From assembly GCA_045046875.1 (NCBI GenBank), contig JASFYY010000049.1:1-64000 (forward strand): DNA of 64,000 nucleotides. The letters are read 5' to 3'. Every line of letters starts with the position of its first letter. The stretch's first letter is position 1. The notes below the pieces were generated by a model. It was not told the DNA's origin. It worked only from the letters and a program-made list of their open reading frames with translations, and made no database searches. The stretch comes from Verrucomicrobiota bacterium (lineage in GTDB: Bacteria > Verrucomicrobiota > Verrucomicrobiia > Verrucomicrobiales > DEV007). Positions 55,804-64,000 of the stretch are shown here, piece by piece. A program made the position numbers and the translations under genes.

Positions 55804-58800
55804 ATGAAAAAATCCCCCGTATTTTTAAAACCCTTGCTGCTGCTTGCCTTGTGCAGCGCTGCGGCAAAGCAGAGTCAGGCGCAATCGACGCCCAAGGAGC
55901 GACGCATCACACATCGTGAGCAGTCGCTCAAATCCTACAATCCGTTCACTGCGGATGAGATGTGGAAACATATCAAGATACCGCCCGCTCCACCTCTGAC
56001 CCCTGAACAAGCTTTGGCTTCTTTTAAAATGGCGCCGGGATTTAAGGTGGAGTGTGTGGCGTCCGAGCCTCTGGTGGTGGACCCGGTGATGTTCGAATTT
56101 GATCCTGATGGTCGGATCTGGGTGGTGGAGATGCGCGGTTGGATGCGTGACCTCGAAGGTTCGGGTGAGGGCGATCCGATTGGCAAGGTGGTGGTGCTCG
56201 AGGATACGGACGGGGATACGATCATGGACAAGTCGACGGTTTTTCTTGATCAACTGGTGATGCCACGCACGGTTGCTTTTGTGCAGGGTGGGGTGTTGAT
56301 CGCTGAGCCGCCTTTTTTGTGGTTTTGCGAAGATACCGATGGTGACCTGAAGTGTGATCGTAAAACCAAAGTGGCTGACTGGGGACGGGCGGGCAATCCC
56401 GAGCACACCGAGAACGGTCTGATGCACGCGATTGATAACTGGATGTATAATGCCAAGTCCACCGAGCGGCACAAGTTCATCGATGGAAAACTGATTGCAG
56501 AAAAAACGATCTTTCGCGGTCAGTGGGGAGTGACCCAGGATGACTACGGGCGTTTGTTTTACAATTATGAAAACTCATCGCTGCATGCGGATTTGTTGCC
56601 GGCGGAGTATGTGTTGCGCAATCGTCACACCGGTGGACGTTCGTCTTACGGGTTGAATGTCAAAGTCGCTGCCAAGGCGCAGGAGGTGTTTCCGGTTCGG
56701 GTGACGCCGGGCATTACTCTGGGAGGAACCGAATTGCGCAAGGATGGCACTTTGCGCACTTTTACGATTGCCTGTGGCCCGTCTATTTATCGAGGCACTC
56801 AGTTTCCGGCTAAATTTAATGGTTATGCGGTGATCCCGGAGGCGGCGGGGAACTTGGTGAGACTGGACCGGGTGTTTGGGGACGGGGCGGAGTTGGAAAC
56901 GCAGAATGCTTTTGATCAGCGCGAGTTGCTGGCTTCGACTGATGAGCGATTCCGGCCTGTCTGTAGTCGCACCGGACCGGATGGCGCGCTCTACATTGGT
57001 GATCTCTACCGCGGTATTATTGAGCATGTGATTTTCATGATGCCTTATTTGAAAAACCAAATTCAGTCACGCGGGCTCGATAAACCGGTGGGCTTAGGGC
57101 GGATTTACCGGATCACTCATGAGGGCAAAACTTTGGAGAAAGTGCCACGCATGTCCGGGCAGAGTTCAGCAGAACTGGTCGCGTATCTTTCGCATGCCAA
57201 TGGTTGGTGGCGCGATACGGCGCAACGATTGTTGGTCGAGCGCAAAGCGGTGGAGGTGGCGGATCAGCTTAAAGAGTTGGTGACGGGTGGAGAGAATGCT
57301 CTCGCCCGTTTGCATGCTTTGTGGACTTTGCAGGGTATCGGTAAGTTGGACTGGAAAATTGTGAATGAGGGAATGGGGGATGAAGATCAGATGGTCAGAG
57401 CGACGGCGATTCGGCTGAGTGAAGCATTTATCGGAACTAAGCGGGAGCGGGAGCAAGTGTTCGAGGATTTGAGTGGTGTTTTTAAAATCGACCAACCGAT
57501 GGTTCAATTGCAACTGCAGTTGACCCTGGGGAACATAAAGACAAGTGCCGCTGAAGCACAAATGGTTCAGATTTTGAATCGGAATCCCAGCCGGCTCTTT
57601 GCCACGGCTACGATCAGCGGGCTTGCTGGACGTGAATTGGAATTCATCACTCGTTTGTTAGAGGGGGGAGAGTGGTCGAGGGAAAAAGAAAATCATAGTC
57701 TTGTTTTGAAAACCCTGGCCAGTGCGGTGGTGAATGAAGGGACGGGCGAGCGAGTAGGCAGCTTGCTTGAACTGGCAGCCGTGCAAGATGGAGAGCAGGA
57801 ATGGAGAGGGCGCTCTATATTAACTGGAATATTAGAATCTAATCGAGCCAAAGAGAAATGGCCGACCCCTTTTGAGTTAACAGTCAAACCGCAGATTCTG
57901 GATAAACTTGGAGCATCGTCGAAATTTGACCGGGCAAAAATGTTGCCTGCGCTGCAACGGATCGTGACCTGGCCGGGCGATGAATTTTCCCACCCGGAAC
58001 GGCCGGTTCCCAAAGCGCTGACGGAGGTCCAGGAGCAACGGCGTATTGCTGGAGAAGCGGTATACAATGCTACCTGTTTTGCTTGTCATAAAGGTAATGG
58101 ACGGGGCTTGATCGGGCAGGCGCCGCAGCTGGCAGATTCAGGCTGGGTGAACGGTCCGGCGGATAGGATCGTGCGCATTGCGTTGAACGGGGTGCAGGGG
58201 CCGATTGAGGTGAATGGAACGGTATGGAATCATACCATGCCGGGTCTGGGCAGCAGTCCGATTTTGAATGACGAACGCCTGGCGGCGGTATTGACCTATA
58301 TCCGCCGGGCCTGGGGGAATTACGGAGATGCGGTGGAGCCCGAGTTGGTTGCTGCGATCAGAAAGGAGTCGGCTGGCCGGAGTATTCCCTGGCTGGTGGA
58401 AGAACTGTTGGATCCGGCAGTGAGAGCCAAGTCGCAGCCAGCGGCACCGCTTGACCCTTTGGCAAAATATCGTGATGTTTTGAAAAACGGCGATGCCGAT
58501 CGTGGCAAAGAGATTTTCCACACTAACCTTTTTTTGCGTTGCAACGCTTGCCATAAGGTGGGGAAATCCGGCGGTGGTTTTATTGGTCCGGATTTGAGTG
58601 ATGTGGGTGGTCGGGCGAGCAGCAATGAATACTTGTTGGAATCGCTGATCGTGCCGAACGCGAAGATTGTGGAAGGTTATCAGACGATGGTGATCACCAC
58701 CAGGGACGGCAAATTCCAAGCGGGGACTTTGGTGTCGGAGGATGAAAAAAATGTTATATTAGCCCAAATGACTGGCGGGGAGATCCGTGTGCCGGTGGCT

Positions 58801-58923
58801 GATATCAAGGAGCGGGTGCTGTCTCCGATTTCGACGATGCCGCCGGTGGGGGCGATTTTTTCTGTTCAAGAAATTGCAGACCTGGTTGCCTATTTGAGTT
58901 CGCTGAAGGTGGCTGGAAAATAA
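55804..58923 (+). CDS. PVC-type heme-binding dehydrogenase-like protein (beta-propeller, HEAT repeats, two cytochrome c domains)
   Basis: ASEPLVVDPV, LEDTDGD, RFRPV...GPDGALYI, WWRDTAQRLL, heme motifs CFACH and CNACH, YLLESLIVPN. Confidence 0.87.
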   Translation: MKKSPVFLKPLLLLALCSAAAKQSQAQSTPKERRITHREQSLKSYNPFTADEMWKHIKIPPAPPLTPEQALASFKMAPGFKVECVASEPLVVDPVMFEFDPDGRIWVVEMRGWMRDLEGSGEGDPIGKVVVLEDTDGDTIMDKSTVFLDQLVMPRTVAFVQGGVLIAEPPFLWFCEDTDGDLKCDRKTKVADWGRAGNPEHTENGLMHAIDNWMYNAKSTERHKFIDGKLIAEKTIFRGQWGVTQDDYGRLFYNYENSSLHADLLPAEYVLRNRHTGGRSSYGLNVKVAAKAQEVFPVRVTPGITLGGTELRKDGTLRTFTIACGPSIYRGTQFPAKFNGYAVIPEAAGNLVRLDRVFGDGAELETQNAFDQRELLASTDERFRPVCSRTGPDGALYIGDLYRGIIEHVIFMMPYLKNQIQSRGLDKPVGLGRIYRITHEGKTLEKVPRMSGQSSAELVAYLSHANGWWRDTAQRLLVERKAVEVADQLKELVTGGENALARLHALWTLQGIGKLDWKIVNEGMGDEDQMVRATAIRLSEAFIGTKREREQVFEDLSGVFKIDQPMVQLQLQLTLGNIKTSAAEAQMVQILNRNPSRLFATATISGLAGRELEFITRLLEGGEWSREKENHSLVLKTLASAVVNEGTGERVGSLLELAAVQDGEQEWRGRSILTGILESNRAKEKWPTPFELTVKPQILDKLGASSKFDRAKMLPALQRIVTWPGDEFSHPERPVPKALTEVQEQRRIAGEAVYNATCFACHKGNGRGLIGQAPQLADSGWVNGPADRIVRIALNGVQGPIEVNGTVWNHTMPGLGSSPILNDERLAAVLTYIRRAWGNYGDAVEPELVAAIRKESAGRSIPWLVEELLDPAVRAKSQPAAPLDPLAKYRDVLKNGDADRGKEIFHTNLFLRCNACHKVGKSGGGFIGPDLSDVGGRASSNEYLLESLIVPNAKIVEGYQTMVITTRDGKFQAGTLVSEDEKNVILAQMTGGEIRVPVADIKERVLSPISTMPPVGAIFSVQEIADLVAYLSSLKVAGK

Positions 58924-58943
58924 ATGCACATTGATAATCCCAC

Positions 58944-60422
58944 ATGAAACGAATTTTTACAGGCTTGATCCCGGTGTTGCTTGCATTGTCAGGCTCGCTA
59001 CTGGGGGGAGAAAAAACGGATCGGCGACCGAATGTGGTTATCATTCTTGCTGATGATATGGCTTGGGCGGATGTGGCTTGTTACGGGGCGAAATTTCACG
59101 AAACTCCGAGCCTTGACCGGTTGGCTGCCGAGGGCATGCGTTTCACTAACGGCTACGCGGCGCACATGAGTTGTTCGCCGTCGCGGGCAGCCCTGTTGAC
59201 CGGACGTTATCCGGCGCGGTTAAAAATCACCGCTTATATTCCCGGTCCGAAATTGAGTGGCAAATACCTGCCGGCGGAAATGCGGATGCAGTTGCCTTTT
59301 GAAGAAGTGACGCTGGCCGAGGTACTGAAGGAGGAGGGCTACTCGACTCTGTTTGTGGGTAAGTGGCATTTGGGTGACAAACCTTATCTGCCTGAAAAAC
59401 AGGGTTTTGATGTGAACATCGGCGGCAATCGTTCCGGTGCGCCCGGAAGTTATTTCTGGCCATATGGACGGGATAAAAAAAGAAGGGGCTATCATGGCAC
59501 CGAAGTTCCTGGTTTGGCCGAAGCAGGAAAAAAGGGCGAGCACTTAGGGGATCGATTGACGAGTGAAGCGCTCAAGTTGATCGAAGCCCACAAGGACAAA
59601 CCGTTTTTTCTCTACCTGCCTTTTTATGATGTGCATACCCCGATTCAGGCCAAGGCGGACTTGGTCGAAAAGTACCGTAAAAAAGCAAAACTGATAGGAT
59701 TGCCGGAAGAAAAAAAGGCGCAATTCAAACAGGACGGAACAGTGGCGAGAGGAACCCGGGCCGGGCTTAAACAGAACAGGGCTCGGCAGGAACAGAATCA
59801 TCCGGCTTATGCGGCGATGGTGGAAACTTTGGATGCGAATGTGGGGCGCATTCTTGACGGATTGAAAACAATGGGGCTTGAAGAGAATACCATCGTGATT
59901 TTCACTTCCGATAATGGGGGTTACCCTCCTATAGCCAGTAATCTGCCTTTTCGTGGAGGCAAGGGCTGGGCGTATGAGGGAGGGGTTCGTGAACCTTGGT
60001 TGGTGAAATGGCCGGGAGTGACCCAGGCGGGAAGTGTGTGTGATGTGCCGGTGATTTTCACCGATATTTTCCCTACGGTTTTGGATATGGTCGGCTTGCC
60101 ACTTCGTCCTGAGCTGCATTTGGATGGAACCAGTATCACTTCACTCTTAAAAGGGAAAGGGGAGCCTGTGCATGATGCTTTGTTCTGGCATTACCCTCAT
60201 TATGCCAGTTATGGCTGCGGGCCCTACAGCGCAATTCGCGAGGGGGATTGGACCTTGATTGAGTGGCTTGAGGATGAATCGGTGGATTTGTTTAATCTGG
60301 CGGAGGATGTCGGGCAACAAAACAATCTTGCCAGCGCTTACCCGGACAAGGTGAATCGGTTACGAAAAAAACTCCATCAGTGGAGGAAAGATGTGGATGC
60401 CAATATGCCGCGGGCAAAATGA
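58944..60422 (+). CDS. Sulfatase (Cys-type S1, arylsulfatase/GalNAc-sulfatase-like)
   Basis: PNVVIILADD, CSPSRAALLTG, GKWHLG, FTSDNGG, YEGGVREP. Confidence 0.93.
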   Translation: MKRIFTGLIPVLLALSGSLLGGEKTDRRPNVVIILADDMAWADVACYGAKFHETPSLDRLAAEGMRFTNGYAAHMSCSPSRAALLTGRYPARLKITAYIPGPKLSGKYLPAEMRMQLPFEEVTLAEVLKEEGYSTLFVGKWHLGDKPYLPEKQGFDVNIGGNRSGAPGSYFWPYGRDKKRRGYHGTEVPGLAEAGKKGEHLGDRLTSEALKLIEAHKDKPFFLYLPFYDVHTPIQAKADLVEKYRKKAKLIGLPEEKKAQFKQDGTVARGTRAGLKQNRARQEQNHPAYAAMVETLDANVGRILDGLKTMGLEENTIVIFTSDNGGYPPIASNLPFRGGKGWAYEGGVREPWLVKWPGVTQAGSVCDVPVIFTDIFPTVLDMVGLPLRPELHLDGTSITSLLKGKGEPVHDALFWHYPHYASYGCGPYSAIREGDWTLIEWLEDESVDLFNLAEDVGQQNNLASAYPDKVNRLRKKLHQWRKDVDANMPRAK

Positions 60423-61303
60423 GAATACTTTTAAAAAACAGAATGATGAAACGATACACACTGATTGCTTTGGGATGGATAGGTTGCTGCTGCCTCCAGA
60501 TGGCTTTGCCGGAGGTTTGGTGCGCGGATAATAAACCGATAGAAAAACAGGCCTTGGTTTTTGTGATCACCGGAGAGAGCAATTCGGGAGGGGTGGGTAG
60601 GAACTCCAATGCGTCGCCGAAGGAAATGGCGCCTAGGCCCGCTGTTCAGATCATGAATTTGACAGATGGCAAGTTTGGCTTTGAGGCTCTGCAGCTGGGG
60701 GTGAATAATTTGCGGGATCATTTCGGTTTACAGAATCGTTATGAAGACCGGCATGGTTTTGAAAATGAATTGGCGAACGCGGTTGAGCGGGGTGGTTTCT
60801 CTGGGCGGAAACAGGTGCATTTGATTAAAACGGGCCATGGGGGTTCGATGATTGGTCAGTGGAGCGAGGTTAATGCCTCGGGTTATTGGAAGAAGTTTCT
60901 CCAGCGTATCGAGGCAGGAAAAAAACAGGTGCCTGCGAATGCGCAGTGGGTGGTGTGGTTCAGCTTGGGCATCAATGATGCCATTGATAAAACCCCGATT
61001 GAGCTGTGGGAGAAAGAAACCCGGGCGCATATCAAAAAAATTCAGGCGACGCTGCCGGGTGCCATTGTGGTTATGACTCAGTTTCAAGCGATGGGAACTG
61101 ACAAAAAGAAAGGTATTTATCCGCAAACCGATGCGGCGATCGCTCGAATCGCTGCAGATGAAAAAGGGGTTTATGCGGTGGATTCAACAGGGGCGAAGTT
61201 GGTGGATAAAAATCACTGGAGTTACGAAGGCTTGAAAACGGTGGTGCAGCGGATGGTGAAGATCACTCAACAAGCGATTCTCAGACATCCTTTACTAGAT
61301 TGA
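60419..61303 (+). CDS. SGNH/SASA-like (sialate O-acetylesterase family) carbohydrate esterase
   Basis: VFVITGESNS (variant of GQSN), KTGHGGS, GIND, C-terminal DKNH; start 60419 or 60443. Confidence 0.72.
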   Translation: MRILLKNRMMKRYTLIALGWIGCCCLQMALPEVWCADNKPIEKQALVFVITGESNSGGVGRNSNASPKEMAPRPAVQIMNLTDGKFGFEALQLGVNNLRDHFGLQNRYEDRHGFENELANAVERGGFSGRKQVHLIKTGHGGSMIGQWSEVNASGYWKKFLQRIEAGKKQVPANAQWVVWFSLGINDAIDKTPIELWEKETRAHIKKIQATLPGAIVVMTQFQAMGTDKKKGIYPQTDAAIARIAADEKGVYAVDSTGAKLVDKNHWSYEGLKTVVQRMVKITQQAILRHPLLD

Positions 61304-61315
61304 GCGAATGTCGTT

Positions 61316-62977
61316 TTAGGGTTTGGCTTTGGTAAGCAGGATGCTATGTGGACGAATTTGCATTTCGTAGTTGGCAGTTTGCGCCGTGATCAATAACACT
61401 TCACCGAGTGATATATTGCGTAGGTTCAAGGTTATTTTTTTATCGTCTTTGGATTTTTTGAGAACCAGGTTTATCCCTTTTTGATTGACGGGGGATTGGC
61501 TGTCCAGGTCTACGGAGCGTTGCTGTAAGTAGGCGAGAGCATCATTTATTGGAGTGCCTTTGAACTCAACAGAAGGTAGGATGATGTTTTTTAATTTGTT
61601 TTGAATAGCGGATGATTCTTTTTCTTTGACCACAGAGGTGTGAAAATTCTGTGGAACCAAGGCGATGGCATGGGGCATTTTTTTCAAGTCGGCGTCTGCC
61701 AAGTCGGCGATTACTCGGAGAGCTTCCCCGAGAGGGATGTTCGATAGCCTTAGAGTAAGCTTCACATCAGACAAGGCTTGGTATGAGATAATGTTGACGC
61801 CTTTGTCAGCGGGGTTCTTCTCGGAGGTGTCGAGCTCTCTGCTTCGATGAACTATGAAGTTGATAGCATCTGGCAAAGAGGTATCCGCAAATTCGATCAA
61901 TGGGATTATGATGGACTCGAGTTTATCTTCATGCAGTTGTGCAAGTTGATCCTTTCCGCTGTTTTGTTTGGCAATAGCGAGAGTGCTGACAAAGAGGGCG
62001 AGCGCGCTAAATAAGACGGTGATACTTGTGTTGTAGAGACGGGTAGGTAGGTTTTTTTCCGGAGTTTTCATGATGTTTTTGATTCGGGTTTCCAGGGTGT
62101 GGGTTTTTGAGATAGCGAGTGAAAAGGTTCGGTCAGGGAGATCAGGGCGAGCCATGCGAACTAGAAATTCGGCGTATTGAACTGGACATGACCCGGCATG
62201 TAAAACCAACTGGTCACAGGCTTCTTCGCACAGCGTATCGAGTTTGCGGCAAAGTGCCCAGGCGATAGGGTTGAACCAGTGGATCGAAAGTAGAATTTTA
62301 CTTAGAAATAGTGATAGAATATCGTGGCGAGATACATGAGCTAGTTCATGGAGTAAAACGAGACGTAGCTGTTCTGGGCTCCACTGGATAGAGTTGTGGG
62401 GTAATACGATGGCCGGGCGTAGAAAGCCACCTGTAAATGGAGTGTTTATTCCAGAAGCTAGAACGAGAGAAATTTTTTGTGAATGATGATTTTGGAGAAG
62501 TAACTGTTCGAAGGTTTTTTTGAAGGCAGTGGGTGCAGGTTTGGATTTTTTTGTTAAACGAGCAAACAGTAGAATGCCTGCCGCATAGTATGTAAGATAA
62601 GAAAGCGCACCTAGTAGCCAGATTGTTAGAACGATTGTATAGGCAGGGATGGTGATTAATGGGGGAGAAAAATGGTCAGGGTTTGGAATGTTCTCAGAGA
62701 GGCTGGTAAAGGACGATGAGTGGTGAGGGGCTGGGGTAATTAAAGAAGGGGGTGTTTGATTTGATAGAGAGGCGTACTGGGGAAGTATTTCCCATTGCAA
62801 GTGGGGATGTTGAAGTATGGGCATGAGGAGAATAAAGAGGATGGCTATCATGCCGAGCTTATGAGAAAAGTTGGGACTTAGAGAAAGTTTCCGAGCTGCT
62901 ATCATAAAGATCAGGCTGATCAACAGCAGCAAGCTACTCCGTAGCGCGTATTCAGTGATGAAGTCGATTGCGGTCAT
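61316..62977 (-). CDS. BlaR1/MecR1-type M56 metallopeptidase with a tandem-duplicated C-terminal domain
   Basis: TM helices, TPFTGGFLRPAIVLP, HELAH, HWFNP, EEACD, LETRI; adjacent to blaI. Confidence 0.9.
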   Translation of the reverse strand: MTAIDFITEYALRSSLLLLISLIFMIAARKLSLSPNFSHKLGMIAILFILLMPILQHPHLQWEILPQYASLSNQTPPSLITPAPHHSSSFTSLSENIPNPDHFSPPLITIPAYTIVLTIWLLGALSYLTYYAAGILLFARLTKKSKPAPTAFKKTFEQLLLQNHHSQKISLVLASGINTPFTGGFLRPAIVLPHNSIQWSPEQLRLVLLHELAHVSRHDILSLFLSKILLSIHWFNPIAWALCRKLDTLCEEACDQLVLHAGSCPVQYAEFLVRMARPDLPDRTFSLAISKTHTLETRIKNIMKTPEKNLPTRLYNTSITVLFSALALFVSTLAIAKQNSGKDQLAQLHEDKLESIIIPLIEFADTSLPDAINFIVHRSRELDTSEKNPADKGVNIISYQALSDVKLTLRLSNIPLGEALRVIADLADADLKKMPHAIALVPQNFHTSVVKEKESSAIQNKLKNIILPSVEFKGTPINDALAYLQQRSVDLDSQSPVNQKGINLVLKKSKDDKKITLNLRNISLGEVLLITAQTANYEMQIRPHSILLTKAKP

Positions 62978-62981
62978 GGTA

Positions 62982-63368
62982 TTAATTTTGAGGGTCTTGT
63001 TTGGCTTCGGCAATCAGGTTTTCTATACGTTGCAGCTGTTCATCACTGAGAGGAAGCTTCGAGTGCCCCAATAGACCAGAGATGGCTTGTTCGATGGAAC
63101 CTTGGAAAAAAGTGTTTACCAAGTGTATCATCATTGTGTCACCGGCTTTTTGTCGGGACAATACGGGTTGATAAATCAAAGCAGCGCCGTGTTTTTTTTG
63201 TTTCACTACTTTTTTGTCGACCAAAATGCTAAGGAGTTTTCGAATAGTCGAGTAACTGCAATCTTCGCCAAGATCCCGCCATACGTCTCGTGCCGTGGCT
63301 TGTTCGCGACGGAATAAGATGTCTAAGATTTGGCGCTCGCGGCGACTGGGGTGATGATTACTTGCCAT
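62982..63368 (-). CDS. BlaI/MecI/CopY family transcriptional repressor
   Basis: SRRERQILDILF, YSTIRKLLSIL, LVNTFFQGS. Confidence 0.92.
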   Translation of the reverse strand: MASNHHPSRRERQILDILFRREQATARDVWRDLGEDCSYSTIRKLLSILVDKKVVKQKKHGAALIYQPVLSRQKAGDTMMIHLVNTFFQGSIEQAISGLLGHSKLPLSDEQLQRIENLIAEAKQDPQN

Positions 63369-63369
63369 G

Positions 63370-63430
63370 TGCGAATTTTTTAGCATTACGACAAAAGAGT
63401 CAAGCTTTAAGTGCGATTTTTTTCGCACTT
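63370..63430. promoter_or_regulatory. Two palindromic candidate BlaI-family operators: TGCGA-N6-TAGCA (63370-63385) and AAGTGCGA-N6-TCGCACTT (63409-63430)
   Basis: 42-bp spacing; they flank a minus-strand TTGACT (63403-63398) just upstream of the blaI ATG. Confidence 0.65.
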
Positions 63431-63511
63431 GGTGGGATTACTGCAGGGAAAGGTTATCTGGGATTGCGTTTTACGGTTTGATTAGACCATAGCATGCGGC
63501 ATGTTCTGGAT

Positions 63512-64000
63512 ATGAAATTCACATGGATCACGATGGCTTGTTTGGCGAGCTTTGCTTGGGTGGGGGGTGTTGCTGCAGCGGAAAATGAATTGCCCAAGAG
63601 TGTGGAAGTCACTCCTGGTAGGATCAACTCGGTCAGAATCGAACGTAAAGGCAAAGAGCTGCTGGTTTATGGTTCGGATGCAAGTGGCAAAAAAGCGGAA
63701 TGGGTTTTGTTGACTCATGGTCGTCGCCAGTTGCTTGATTTTGCTGCCGATTCGGCTGGAGCTGGAGCCAAGGTGGTGGCACCTGCCGGGGTGCAGGAAT
63801 TGGTCGAACAGCCGCAGAAATTTTGGGATGATTTTTGGACGGCGCGTTTTGACTATTATCAACAACAAGTGACCAAGGTGCCGGTCACGGCTTTGCCGGT
63901 GGCTAAGGCGGTGAAGGGTGGTGAGTCGCTGGAGTGGGGCGGCTTGAAGTTCGAGGTCATTGATACTCCTGGATACACTCGGGATGGGGTGAGCTATTTG
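63512..64000 (+). CDS. Secreted metallo-beta-lactamase-fold protein, truncated by the window end
   Basis: Hand translation MKFTWITMACLASFAWVGG...VLLTHGRRQLL...FEVIDTPGYTRDGVSYL; open to the window end; metal motif degenerate. Confidence 0.7.
   Translation, partial: MKFTWITMACLASFAWVGGVAAAENELPKSVEVTPGRINSVRIERKGKELLVYGSDASGKKAEWVLLTHGRRQLLDFAADSAGAGAKVVAPAGVQELVEQPQKFWDDFWTARFDYYQQQVTKVPVTALPVAKAVKGGESLEWGGLKFEVIDTPGYTRDGVSYL

Noticed and set aside
61316..64000. Beta-lactam resistance locus (blaI-blaR1-beta-lactamase)
   Set aside because: The M56 protein lacks a penicillin-binding sensor domain and the divergent MBL-fold domain lacks HxHxDH.

Overview
A gene-dense bacterial chromosome window, most likely from a Verrucomicrobiota organism (inferred from the murC-murB fusion, divergent FtsZ, Rhodopirellula/Verrucomicrobium-type ECF sigma, DUF1501/DUF1553 proteins, a PVC-type heme protein and sulfatases). 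The left third (1-21.8 kb) is housekeeping: SulP transporter, TPR protein, cysK, a PCD-like protein, a 2-oxoacid dehydrogenase E1a/E1b/E2 operon, smc, and, divergent from smc, a partial dcw operon murG-murC/B-ddl-ftsQ-ftsA-ftsZ with a 927-aa FtsZ. The remainder is mostly accessory secreted or periplasmic enzymes and sensor modules: beta-propellers, a deiodinase-like protein, two sulfatases, an ECF/FecR-LamG/DUF1553/DUF1501 operon, a secreted nitrilase-family enzyme with a divergent PAS-AraC, a HEAT-sialidase/SSS/DenD-like operon and a BlaI/M56 pair, interspersed with cls, a SMUG1-family glycosylase, usp and der. I found no rRNA, tRNA, CRISPR array, transposase or integrase. The strongest non-obvious signals are: tandem NrdR-like boxes overlapping a TTGACA promoter for smc; a triple cre-tag upstream of a DUF4173-like gene; a BlaR1-type protease whose sensor part is two tandem secretin-N-like domains, with a candidate paired palindromic operator; near-identical LamG domains in an anti-sigma and its downstream gene; an unlisted 38-aa His-rich membrane peptide ORF; and dispersed CGGAT nonamer repeats. 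Product calls come from motif recognition by eye; no database searches were run.
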